Shown here one piece after another: positions 52,506 to 63,100 of a stretch of DNA of 64,000 bases (the stretch's first letter is position 1; every line of letters begins with the position of its first letter). A program made the position numbers and the translations under genes. The notes below the pieces were generated by a model. The model was given only the letters and a program-made list of their open reading frames with translations. It did not search any database and had not been told where the DNA came from. Source of the DNA: a virus (Duplodnaviria > Caudoviricetes); the IMG/VR virus record IMGVR_UViG_3300010149_000008, one strand, 5' to 3'.

Positions 52506-53711
52506 ATGATAAACAAAAATATTTTAAATACAGCTGCTAGGCTTTCTAGACTAAATAAAGACTTTTTTTATAACAAGTGCAGAATTGTTGATAAAGATGT
52601 TTACAATAGTAAATTTCTTTTTTATCATTACTTTTATTGGTCATCTGACTTTTACAATGATCACTATAGAAATCTTTTAATTGACTATTTTGACAAGTCA
52701 GAAAAAAGCTATCCAGGTAGCAGCCACATGCTCTCTGTTAAGCTTTGCAATAAAATCTATGGTGTTAATAAAGAAAAGCAAAACCAAAAAACAGATAAAA
52801 ACTTTGAAAGTATTCTTTGCCATTTAAAACAGCTTTCAAATAAAAGTGCATATGAATTATTTGAAAGCGTAATACATTTTTCAGGAGCAGATGCTTCTAT
52901 AATTTGCAAAAGCTCAGATAATGAGAAAATTGAAGTTAGTAAAACTTGCAAGCCTGTATTTGACTTTTCTATTGATAACAGCTTTAAAGAAATATATTTT
53001 AAAAATATAAACAAAACAACAAAAGATTTTTTTGTTTCAATTTTAGATTGTTATATTGAAAGAGAATCTGAAATATTTTCTTTAGTTGAACATGCTAAGG
53101 TTAATAACACGCCAGTAATTATAATTTGCAGAGGCTTAAGCGATAATGCAAAAAGAAACCTTAAAAATATTTTATTAAAAAATAATATTCTAGTTTACCC
53201 TTATGTTGAAAAGTACAATAACGAAGACCCTTTTAAAATGAAAGATTTTGCAGAAATGATTGGAGCAAAAATAGTTTCTGCAGAGTCTGGTGATAACATA
53301 AACAATTCTTTAGTGGAGAAAGCTGTGTATACAAAATGCACAATTTCTAGTCACGACATTTCAACTAATCCAAAAAATAAAAGTCTAATAAATTCAATTA
53401 ATAAACAAATTACAGAAAATTCTTCAAATTCTGAACTGTTAGATTATCTAAGAACAAGAAAAACTAGATGCTCGCCTAACAATACAATAGTTAGAATTCC
53501 AAAAAAAGATATAACTTTGCTCAATGAATTAAAAAACTTAATAAAGTGTTATAACTTTTGTGCAATTAAAGGTGTATATACAAGAAGTGACAATATTATA
53601 CAATCAATACAATGCGAAAAGATAACTGATATTCTTGCTGAAAAGTTATATAAAAACATTAAAAGTATATCTTATAAAATAAAATTAGGAGAAAAAAATG
53701 CCAGTAGCTAA
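52506..53711 (+). CDS. Degenerate GroEL/Cpn60-like protein
   Basis: Apical-domain-like stretch PVIIICRGLSDNA...DFAEMIGAKIVS; no GDGTT ATP motif; 401 aa. Confidence 0.55.
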   Translation: MINKNILNTAARLSRLNKDFFYNKCRIVDKDVYNSKFLFYHYFYWSSDFYNDHYRNLLIDYFDKSEKSYPGSSHMLSVKLCNKIYGVNKEKQNQKTDKNFESILCHLKQLSNKSAYELFESVIHFSGADASIICKSSDNEKIEVSKTCKPVFDFSIDNSFKEIYFKNINKTTKDFFVSILDCYIERESEIFSLVEHAKVNNTPVIIICRGLSDNAKRNLKNILLKNNILVYPYVEKYNNEDPFKMKDFAEMIGAKIVSAESGDNINNSLVEKAVYTKCTISSHDISTNPKNKSLINSINKQITENSSNSELLDYLRTRKTRCSPNNTIVRIPKKDITLLNELKNLIKCYNFCAIKGVYTRSDNIIQSIQCEKITDILAEKLYKNIKSISYKIKLGEKNASS

Positions 53712-53958
53712 AAAATCAAATACACAAACAACAAAAAGTCAAGAGCCAAAAGTTAATATAGCTGAGGTTGGTAGGAAATATTATGATGTTTTAGATGTAT
53801 ATTCAAGCAAAGTAATTTCAAAAATTGTAGAAAGTTCTAATGATCTTAGAATTGACAAAAAAACAATGTTAGAAATTAATAAAATTATACATGAAGAAAC
53901 AGCTAGCGCTAAAAGTTGGGGAATTGATCAACTAATAAAAGCTGTTAAAGGAAATTAA
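53698..53958 (+). CDS. Hypothetical protein
   Basis: AGGAG RBS. Confidence 0.65.
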   Translation: MPVAKKSNTQTTKSQEPKVNIAEVGRKYYDVLDVYSSKVISKIVESSNDLRIDKKTMLEINKIIHEETASAKSWGIDQLIKAVKGN

Positions 53959-53973
53959 AAGAAAGAATTTAAT

Positions 53974-54453
53974 TTGTTTAAAACTAATTTTACAAGACAC
54001 TTGTTAGAATGTCATTGCATATTAAAATTATTTCAAAATAAATCAAAACCTTTGTATCACAAATTCCCAGTATTTTCAGTTTCAGAAGATAACGGGAATA
54101 TTGAAAAAAAATATGTTAAATGTAATAATTGTGCAGTAATACACGAAGTTACAGACTTTTGCAAAAGTAACATTAAGTGGGGAGATGATATGTACGAAGG
54201 ATTAGTTACTACAAAAGATGATATAATATTTAACTTTAAGCAAAAAGAGTTATTCAATGTTGTTGAAATATTAGAAAAATATGAATGTGATGTATCAATA
54301 TGGGAATTAGTTGAGCATTGTTTAGATAACAAAATTGATTATTCAATAGTTTTAGAAAAAAAAGACATACAAGACAATACAGTGTATAATTGCCTTAACA
54401 TATCTTCAGGAAATGTTAAAATTAAAAAAGAAATATCACAAAGGTACATTTAA
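53974..54453 (+). CDS. Hypothetical protein with Cys motifs
   Basis: ECHC...VKCNNCAVIHEV.DFCKS. Confidence 0.65.
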   Translation: MFKTNFTRHLLECHCILKLFQNKSKPLYHKFPVFSVSEDNGNIEKKYVKCNNCAVIHEVTDFCKSNIKWGDDMYEGLVTTKDDIIFNFKQKELFNVVEILEKYECDVSIWELVEHCLDNKIDYSIVLEKKDIQDNTVYNCLNISSGNVKIKKEISQRYI

Positions 54454-54674
54454 TGTTAGATCCAAAAAATGTTGATGATTTAAAATCTTTAGAAAAATGT
54501 CGCGACATTACTCAGGAAATATTGAGATATGGTGCAAGTAACAATGAAATTATAAAAATAATTGATTTGCTTTCTTTAGAGTTAGAAGATACATTTGTTA
54601 TGAAAAAAATACAGAGTGTACTGAAAAATGATATTATCGAAGAGACAGAAGAAAAACCTAAATTTGAAATTTAA
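54453..54674 (+). CDS. Hypothetical protein
   Basis: TAATG coupling. Confidence 0.65.
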   Translation: MLDPKNVDDLKSLEKCRDITQEILRYGASNNEIIKIIDLLSLELEDTFVMKKIQSVLKNDIIEETEEKPKFEI

Positions 54675-54688
54675 AAAGGAGACAGAAA

Positions 54689-54922
54689 ATGTCACAAGAA
54701 GAACTAGATCAACTTGAACAAGTAGATGAAGTATTAGAGCCTAGCACTAACCAAGAGTTTTACAGTTATATTAAGCTCATGATTGAAAGTATGGAGTCAG
54801 ACGTAATTAAGTCTGGAAATGGCAATAAAGCAGCTGGAACAAGGCTTCGAAAGAGTTTAAGACTCCTAAAATCAACATCAGGAGACTTTGTCAAATTTAC
54901 TCTAGGAAAGTTGGATCGATAA
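54689..54922 (+). CDS. Histone-H1-like (Hc1-type) small DNA-binding protein
   Basis: GNKAAGTRLRKSL motif; AAGGAG RBS. Confidence 0.65.
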   Translation: MSQEELDQLEQVDEVLEPSTNQEFYSYIKLMIESMESDVIKSGNGNKAAGTRLRKSLRLLKSTSGDFVKFTLGKLDR

Positions 54923-54923
54923 T

Positions 54924-55160
54924 TTATTGAGACTTTGCCTTTAACTTGTTTATGGCAGACTTTTCAATTTGACATACCCTCATTCGAGTTATATCAAACA
55001 AATCACCTACTTCTTGAAGAGTATAAATTCTTTTTTGAGAAGCGTTAATAATGCAGTTATTGTCACTTTTTAATTTGTGCCAGTACCTGCATTTTTTATT
55101 TTTGCAAGACACGCTGTTTTTTTTATGTTCATTAAAACAAGTTGTTGTATGTTCACTCAT
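54924..55160 (-). CDS. Sigma70 region-4-like HTH protein with Cys-rich N-terminus
   Basis: YTLQEVGDLFDITRMRVCQIEKSAINKL; C..H..C...KC..W...NC. Confidence 0.75.
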   Translation of the reverse strand: MSEHTTTCFNEHKKNSVSCKNKKCRYWHKLKSDNNCIINASQKRIYTLQEVGDLFDITRMRVCQIEKSAINKLKAKSQ

Positions 55161-55231
55161 AGTATAATTTTCCTTTCATTAACTTTATGATAATTACAAA
55201 TATAGTTTAATAGTTATTAGGAGGATTTACA

Positions 55232-56596
55232 ATGAGTAACAAATCGAAAGATAATAGAAAGTTATTTGTAATTGATACAAGTGTACTGTTATATGACAAA
55301 AATGCCATGTTTAATATGGAAGGCAATGATATTGTAATACCTTTAGTAGTATTAGAGGAAATAGATAAGTTCAAGTCAAGAGAAGGTTTACTAGGAGAAT
55401 ATGCTAGATTTATTAACAGATTTCTTGATGAGTTAAGAGAAGAAGGTAGTCTAAATGAAGGTGTTTACTACGAAAAATCTGACATCAATATAAAAGTTAG
55501 TTCAGATAGTTGTTGGGCAGGGTTAGAAGGTTTAGATAGAAACTATAATGATAATGTAATTATTGCTAACGCAAACTACTATAAAAAACATCATAAAAAA
55601 ATTGGTAAACATGATTACGAAAAGTATAGTAAAATCACAGTAATAACAAAAGACATAAATCTTAGAGTCAAGTGTGACGCTGTAGGTATACCTGCAGGAG
55701 ATTATTATGCTGATTATGAGTTTATCCAGGAAGACAATCTTTTTCAAGGACATGTTGAACTAATAGTTGACCCAGATATTATAAACAGAGCTTATTCTGG
55801 TAATCATTTGAAAATAGAAAGTGACCTTTCAGAATTAGAAGATTTTCATTTAAGTGAAAACGAATTTGTTGCCTTGAAGTCAAACAATGGAAACAGCCAG
55901 TCTTGTCTAATGATGAGAAAAGACAAAAACTTGATCATACTTGAAAGCAAGCAGGAGCTTTTAAAGCAAAGTGGTATAGAAGCAAAAAACAAAGAGCAGA
56001 TTTATGCTTTGGAGTTGTTATTAGATGAAAATATTCCCTTAGTAACTTTAACTGGAATCCCTGGTAGCGGTAAAACTTATCTAGCTTTGATGACAGCATT
56101 AAAATTTATTGAAAGAGAAAGTAAAAAAAGAATTATTTTTACAAGACCTATGGAGACTGTAGGTAAAGATATAGGCTTTCTTCCTGGAACTGTTAATGAA
56201 AAAATGGCACCATGGCTAGCTCCGATTGTCGACAATTTTAGAAATCAATTTGGAGACTTAACTTACTTCGATATGATGATGGAAAGAGGACAGATTGATG
56301 TTGCACCTTTGTCACATATAAGAGGTAGAAGTTTTAATGATTCTGTTATTATTGTTGATGAAGCTCAAAATGCAACAGTTCATGAGTTAAAGACAATAAT
56401 AACTAGAACAGGTAAAAATTCTAAAGTTGTTTTATTAGGAGACATTGAACAAGTCGACTTGCCTTACGTTAGTAAATTTTCTAACGGCTTAACAATAGTA
56501 ATTGAAAAATTAAAAGAAGAAAGCTTAACAGGCCACATTAATTTTAAAAAAGGCTACAGATCAGAATTGGCAAACATTGTAGCTGGTAAATTATAA
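55232..56596 (+). CDS. phoH: PIN-PhoH family ATPase (YlaK-like)
   Basis: VIDTSVLL PIN motif, TKDINLRVK, GIPGSGKT, IRGRSF, VDEAQN, GDIEQVD. Confidence 0.92.
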   Translation: MSNKSKDNRKLFVIDTSVLLYDKNAMFNMEGNDIVIPLVVLEEIDKFKSREGLLGEYARFINRFLDELREEGSLNEGVYYEKSDINIKVSSDSCWAGLEGLDRNYNDNVIIANANYYKKHHKKIGKHDYEKYSKITVITKDINLRVKCDAVGIPAGDYYADYEFIQEDNLFQGHVELIVDPDIINRAYSGNHLKIESDLSELEDFHLSENEFVALKSNNGNSQSCLMMRKDKNLIILESKQELLKQSGIEAKNKEQIYALELLLDENIPLVTLTGIPGSGKTYLALMTALKFIERESKKRIIFTRPMETVGKDIGFLPGTVNEKMAPWLAPIVDNFRNQFGDLTYFDMMMERGQIDVAPLSHIRGRSFNDSVIIVDEAQNATVHELKTIITRTGKNSKVVLLGDIEQVDLPYVSKFSNGLTIVIEKLKEESLTGHINFKKGYRSELANIVAGKL

Positions 56597-56614
56597 TAAA
56601 AAAGGTTATACACA

Positions 56615-56941
56615 ATGTCAAGAAAAATATATGATCTCAACAGATTTAGAAAAACTTATCCTTTGATAAGAAGAAAACCTGTTTTTGCAGACTTAGACTT
56701 AAACATAATAGAGACTGTAAAATTACAGTATCTATCTGGAGAGTTTAGTAAAACTTACACGTTTAAAAAGTTATACACAGAATCACCTATTTGTGTAGCT
56801 ACAGCAGAAAATGAAAACTTAAACGCTTATATTATAAGCGTTGATAGAGGACAAGTAACAATAGAAATTTCAGCTCCAGCTCCTTCTAATCCAGATGTTT
56901 TTGTTCATTTGCAAATAATTAGTAGAAACAGTGAGGAATAA
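56615..56941 (+). CDS. Hypothetical protein (H-type-lectin/fibre-like beta domain)
   Basis: YDLNRFRKTYP..R; F.K.YTESPICVAT. Confidence 0.6.
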   Translation: MSRKIYDLNRFRKTYPLIRRKPVFADLDLNIIETVKLQYLSGEFSKTYTFKKLYTESPICVATAENENLNAYIISVDRGQVTIEISAPAPSNPDVFVHLQIISRNSEE

Positions 56942-56947
56942 AATAAT

Positions 56948-59554
56948 ATGTCAATTTATTTATCAATAATTGCAGCAGCTGGTAATGAAGTTCAACAAAG
57001 TCAAGTCGGTGCTAGCTTAACAAAGTCTTTGACAATATCAGAAATACATGATACAGATAGTGGTGCTTTAAATGTTGCGGACTTCAATTATGAGTGGTAT
57101 TTTGTTGACAAACCTACAGGATCTTCTGTATCTATTGATGATTCTAGTTCTCCTGCAAACAAAAGCACTGTACTGATTAACTCAATTGATACTTGGGGTA
57201 CATATAGAATATTTGTAATAGCAACTAATATTGCTATACCTTCAACAAAGTCTGGTACTAATCCTCTAAGTGCAGATGAAAGAAATTTCGTAAACATATC
57301 AGTTAAAAGTACTAATAACAGTCTAGAAAAGCCTGCAGCTTTCCAGAGAAACTGGAAAGAAAAATACGATAAATTAGTTGATGTTGTTGACAATACACAA
57401 AAGTCAATTAACAGTATTAAAATATCTAATTCTTTAACCCTTACATTACCAAGTACAGATGGCACTTCAGGTCAAATTTTAATAACAGATGGGCAAGGGA
57501 ACTTATCTTTTAATAGCGTTAGCGCTGCTGAGTTAAGTAATGTATCACTTGAAAGCTTAACTAATGTAAGCAGTACCTCTCCTACAAGTGGTCAAGTTTT
57601 GTCTTGGGACTCTTCTATAAGCTCTTGGAAACCAGAAACTCTTGGTTCTTTTAGTTTCAATCTAGTTGATGATACAACACCTCAATTAGGAGGAAACTTA
57701 GATTGCCAAGCATTTAATTTAACTACAACAGGAAAAATTCTTTTTTCAAATGTATATGCAACTGAAGCAGACCTACCATCAGCAGCAACATATCATGGTA
57801 TGTTTGCACACGTCCATGCTACAGGAAAGGCATATTTTGCACATGGAGGCAGTTGGATTAAATTAGTTGCGGAGTCAGCATCAACTACTGATAATTTGTC
57901 TGAAGGTTCATCTAACTTGTATTATACTAATGCTCGTGCAGATGCACGCATTGGTGCAGCTAATCTTAATAGTTTGTCTAATGTATATAGTAGTATAGCT
58001 CCTACAGACGGTCAAGTTCTTAAGTGGGATGACAGTGAGAGTCGTTGGGACGCTGGAGATGACAATAGTGGTGGCAGTAGTTTAAGCGGTCTATCTTCGT
58101 CTAATAGCATACTAACAATAGCAAATAATTATAGTTTAGTTCCTGAAAATACTGCTAATGTAGAATTGGGCTCTGATTCTAATAGATTTTTAAAATTGTG
58201 GATAGGATCAGGCAGCGCTTTTGATGTAGGTATAAAGTGTGACAACACTATAAACACTAATAGACTAGAAGTTAATGATAGTGTAACAACAAATTCAATA
58301 ATAATTGGTAGCGCTGATCCTTATATATTACCTGTCGATGGAGGTTCAGAGAATAACAACAAATACTTAAAGTTTTCTTATGACAGTGTAGACGGAAGTT
58401 CTGTAGAATATTCTAATATTACAGCAAGTGAAATATCAGATCTTGGAACAAGTGCTACTTTAAATGTAGGCACTAGCGCTAATAATATTGTACAATTAGA
58501 TTCAACAGGGAAATTACCTGCAATTGATGGAAGTCTTCTTACTGGAATATCAGGAGGAGGATCAGCTGCTGATAATATTAGTGAGGGCAATTCAAAAGTT
58601 GAAACAGTAGATACAGGATCTGATGGTAGTGTAAATTTTTATACAGAGGTTTCATCAGATAGCTCTGTTTTTTCATCTATACCTACACCTGTATGGAAAA
58701 TTGATGAAAGCGGAAACTTAACACCAGGTAAAACAGATACATTTAATTTAGGCTTTTATGATAGTATGGGAAATGCTAGTGATAATCGTCAAATAAATAA
58801 AATTCACGTAAACAAAGTATATACTAACGGAAACTATTTTAGAATTCCTCCTGCAATGAGTTCTTCAGACTTTAAGTTAAATGCAGTACATGATGCTATG
58901 AGTCAGACTTATGACATTCCTTTTTACGACAGCAGCACTTCTCCAAGTTCAACTACAGGTCATATTTTAGTTAAGAATTTAAATGAAAGTGTTGGACCTC
59001 ACAATTGGATTCCATGGAAACTTAAGCTGCCTTCAAGTTTTAGTTACAACTCAAATAGTGTAATGGTTTCAAATAGCGCTGTTGATGAACTTGCTTGGGA
59101 AAAAACTGATCTTTATAAGACAAAAGAATGGTCAAATATGCATTCAGATGAATGGACTACAGAAACTACTTACGCATCTTCGTATACTGCTGGTGTAGTG
59201 GGTAAGTCAATTTTTATTTTTGCGTTTAAAAATATTACAGGAAAAACAATAAACATTACAAAAGCTTCACTTTCTTGTTTAGAAATGTATTCTTCTAAAA
59301 TTTATTGGACACTAGTTGGTGCATCTGATACTAATTTTAAGACTAACAAGGGCACTTCTTTAATTAGCGAGCAAACAATTTCTATAGTAAATCAAGATAG
59401 CAGCTCACCTTATAGTGGGATTGGTCAATCAGAAGCTAATTTAAGTGAAACAATTAGTGACGGTTTATGGACAGCATTTTTAATAACAAACATGACATCA
59501 GGATCAAGTAGTAATAAAAACTTTGTTGCTAATTTGACTTATACATTAAGCTAG
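56948..59554 (+). CDS. Tail-fibre-like structural protein
   Basis: TLPSTDGTSGQILITDGQGNLSF, two L..L.NV...PT.GQVL.WD...W units, DTTPQLGGNLD, LSEGSSNLYYT.ARA, VQLD..GKLPA.DGS.LTG. Confidence 0.8.
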   Translation: MSIYLSIIAAAGNEVQQSQVGASLTKSLTISEIHDTDSGALNVADFNYEWYFVDKPTGSSVSIDDSSSPANKSTVLINSIDTWGTYRIFVIATNIAIPSTKSGTNPLSADERNFVNISVKSTNNSLEKPAAFQRNWKEKYDKLVDVVDNTQKSINSIKISNSLTLTLPSTDGTSGQILITDGQGNLSFNSVSAAELSNVSLESLTNVSSTSPTSGQVLSWDSSISSWKPETLGSFSFNLVDDTTPQLGGNLDCQAFNLTTTGKILFSNVYATEADLPSAATYHGMFAHVHATGKAYFAHGGSWIKLVAESASTTDNLSEGSSNLYYTNARADARIGAANLNSLSNVYSSIAPTDGQVLKWDDSESRWDAGDDNSGGSSLSGLSSSNSILTIANNYSLVPENTANVELGSDSNRFLKLWIGSGSAFDVGIKCDNTINTNRLEVNDSVTTNSIIIGSADPYILPVDGGSENNNKYLKFSYDSVDGSSVEYSNITASEISDLGTSATLNVGTSANNIVQLDSTGKLPAIDGSLLTGISGGGSAADNISEGNSKVETVDTGSDGSVNFYTEVSSDSSVFSSIPTPVWKIDESGNLTPGKTDTFNLGFYDSMGNASDNRQINKIHVNKVYTNGNYFRIPPAMSSSDFKLNAVHDAMSQTYDIPFYDSSTSPSSTTGHILVKNLNESVGPHNWIPWKLKLPSSFSYNSNSVMVSNSAVDELAWEKTDLYKTKEWSNMHSDEWTTETTYASSYTAGVVGKSIFIFAFKNITGKTINITKASLSCLEMYSSKIYWTLVGASDTNFKTNKGTSLISEQTISIVNQDSSSPYSGIGQSEANLSETISDGLWTAFLITNMTSGSSSNKNFVANLTYTLS

Positions 59555-59563
59555 GATAAATAA

Positions 59564-60091
59564 ATGAAAAATATTGTCAATTATTCAGACGTAGGATTTG
59601 GTGACACAAATATTAATTTTTTAAGTTCTCCTTTTGATCAAATTGGTAATACTTCAATTGTTTTAAATGGTTTTGGAAATCCTGAATTTGCATCGTTAGA
59701 AAGCAATACGTATTTTAATAATAAAAATTTAAACTTTGGTTCAGTTAATCCTGTTTTGTCAAAAGTACTTGTCAAATATGAGTATGAAGAAATATATGAA
59801 AAAAGCAAAGTTTTAATCAAAAAAAATAGTTCAGAAATTGTAGCAATAAAAAACAAAAACATACACGACCCAGTATTTTTATGTACTGCAAATAAACAAA
59901 ACATAGCTGTTGATGTTGTTTTGTTTGTAGAAAAATTAAGTGCTAGTAAGTTTAAAATTACTAATTCATCAAGTATAGACTTGTTAGCAGACTATATTGC
60001 TTCTGGTGTTAACATAAAAAAAACAGCAATTTATTACAATCAATCAACTGTTGATAAATTAAACAATAACATTAATAAGTTTTTAGAATAG
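59564..60091 (+). CDS. Hypothetical protein
   Basis: AGGA RBS; in structural unit. Confidence 0.65.
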   Translation: MKNIVNYSDVGFGDTNINFLSSPFDQIGNTSIVLNGFGNPEFASLESNTYFNNKNLNFGSVNPVLSKVLVKYEYEEIYEKSKVLIKKNSSEIVAIKNKNIHDPVFLCTANKQNIAVDVVLFVEKLSASKFKITNSSSIDLLADYIASGVNIKKTAIYYNQSTVDKLNNNINKFLE

Positions 60092-60199
60092 ATTAAAGCG
60101 CTATAACTCTATATGTTTGATATTTATCTTTAGATTAGATTTTTAAATCGTTTTAAAATTAGATTTATAATTATTAAAGTAAATAAATAGGATTAAAAC

Positions 60200-63100
60200 A
60201 TGTCTAGAGACTTCTTAGCATCAAGAGTGAGATCAAATGCTTTAATTGGCAGCAATAATGGAACACAGCCTAGCTTGCTTATGTACCCATCAAGCCAAGC
60301 TACAAACAACAATGGCGGACAGTCAGCTTCTTTGCAAAACTTTTTAAGTGATGCAAGTAATTACTCAGGTACAGCATTTTTATATGTCCACGGCACGCCA
60401 ACAACTTCATCAGCACAAAGCGGTGTATCACCTTCTTTGAATTATACAATATTTGGAGGTGATGTTTTATTAAAAGGAACACTTTTTGCTGATTATTTGA
60501 GAACAACATCAGGAACTTTAATCAGCTTTAACACTTTAGGATATATTGCCCCTGTTGGTACGAATTACATAAGTGACCCATCTGGTCCGACTTCTTCACC
60601 TTCTGCAGATAAACTCTTAGATGCTCAGATAAAGATAAACGAAACTGGCATTTCAACAAATTTATCTAGCATAAACAATATAAGCACTCTCATTAATACA
60701 CATGAGACATCAATAGGTCTTGATGATGACGGTGGTTTCTTACAAAAGACAACATCTAATTATTTAAATTCAGCATCTTCAATTACAAATGAAACGTTTT
60801 TACTTGATGCACAAATAAAAGTAAATGAAGATGCTATTTCTTTAAAAGCTAATACTTCTTCTTTAACAGCCATACAAACAGAAGTTGATGCGATTGAAAC
60901 AGGCGCAGGCCTTGATGCTGACGGTTCATACTCTGCTAATTCTAATACGAACTATTTAAATACAGCTACTTCATTGTTTGATGCTGATGTTAAATTAGAT
61001 ACTCAATTAAAAACAAATACTGATGCAATTGCAGCTCTAGGATCAGGAAACGTATCAAATTTACAAACAGAAGTTAATGCAATTGAAACTGCAATAGGTC
61101 TAAACGATGACGGTTCATATTCTGCACATGACAGCTCAAACTATTTAGATGCTTCAACTTCTACAAAAGATGCATTAAGTAAACTTGATGTAAAAATAAA
61201 AGAAAACTTAGACAATATAGCGCTAAAAGCTTCATCATCTGAATTTAGTGACTTACAAACAGAAGTTAATGCAATAGAAACTGCAGTAGGTCTAAATGCA
61301 GATGGTTCTTACTCAGCTCATGATGATTCAAACTATATAGACACAGCAATATCTTCTAAAGATGCTTTAAGCAAGCTAGACACACAGCTCAAATCAACGC
61401 AGTCAGACTTAGACACAGCTGAGATTAGCATATCAACATTGCAAGGTGAAATGACTGCAGTTGAAACTCTTTCTGCATCCAATGCTTCACAGATAGAAGT
61501 CAATGCAATAGAAACAGCAGTAGGACTAAACGCTGATGGTACATATTCTGCGCACGCAGGGTCAAATTATATAGACACAGCATCTTCAACAAAAGATGCT
61601 TTAAGTAAATTAGACACACAGCTCAAATCAACGCAGGCAGAATTAGATACAGAAGAAGCAGCAAGAGCAAATGCAGATGCAGACTTACAATCTGAGTTAA
61701 ATTCAATAGAAAGCAGCTTAGGTCTTACAGCGACAGGTTTGCGACCAAATTACTCTAGCACAAACTTTGTTGAGAATACACAAAACCACCATGAAGCGAT
61801 TGGAGAACTAGATAAAGAATTAAAGACTACAAATGATGATATATTATCTATACAAACTGAAATGTTGGGTTTGGCATCCTCAGCTAGTCTAAGTACATTA
61901 CAAACAGAAGTTGATGCTGTTGAAACTGCAATAGGTCTAAACGCTGATGGTACATACTTAGCTCATAATGATTCAAACTATATAGACACAGCAATATCTT
62001 CTAAAGATGCTTTAAGTAAATTAGACACACAGCTTAAATCAACTCAAACAGACTTAGACACAGCTGAAAGTGATATTGAAAATCTACAATCAAATATTTT
62101 ACTTAAAGCATCTTCAGCTAGTTTAAGTACATTACAAACAGAAGTTGATGCTGTTGAAACTGCAGTAGGTTTAAACCCAGACGGTTCTTATTCAGCTCAT
62201 AATAATTCAAACTATATAGACACAGCATCTTCAACAAAAGATGCATTAAGCAAGCTAGACACACAGCTCAAATCAACGCAGTCAGACTTAGACGCAGTCG
62301 AAGCTGATATGTTGACGTTGCAAGGAGAAATGACTGCAGTTGAAACTCTTTCTGCATCCAATGCTTCACAGATAGAAGTTGATGCAATTGAAACTGCAGT
62401 AGGTTTAAACGCTGATGGTACATACTCAGCTCATGCAGGGTCAAATTATATAGACACAGCATCTTCAGCAAAAGATGCTTTAAGCAAGCTAGACACACAG
62501 CTCAAGTTAACTCAAGATGAAGTTGACAATGAAGAAACATTAAGATCTAGTCAGATTAGTGGAATCAATTCTGAAATTAATTCTATTGAAAACAGCTTGG
62601 GTCTAACACTTACAGGGCTTAGACCAAATTATGCTAATACAAACTTTATTGAAAATACAGATACACACCACTCTGCTATTGGAAGACTAGATGCTGCAAT
62701 AACAACGATTGAGGGTGGAAATGCTGGTCAGCTACAAAATCTTCAAAACATTAAAGACAGTATTGGTACAGATAATGACGGAAATCTTATTGCATTCGAT
62801 AATACTACAAACTTTTTAGAAAACATTTCTGTTGTCAAGACTGCTTTGATAGCTTTAGACACTGCAATTGCTAGCAAAGTTTCAGATATTTTTGAGCTAA
62901 CTGGGATAGATGATACAGATAAAGAAAGTGGCAAGATACTTCAGTACGTTAATGATGGCGTAAATCCTGAAAAGTTTGTTTATGTAGAAGCAACTACAGG
63001 ACCACAAGGACCACAAGGACAATCAGGTGCAGATGGAAGAGGAATATCTTCAGTAACTGAAAATAATGATGGAACTTTTACTTTAAACTTTATAGATGGA

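Noticed and set aside
4147-59904. Other antisense ORFs in the track (e.g. 4147, 5286, 13597, 22266, 44800, 46380, 47501, 48126, 51307, 57088, 59638)
   Set aside because: They are fully nested opposite better-supported genes and have no motifs or RBS.
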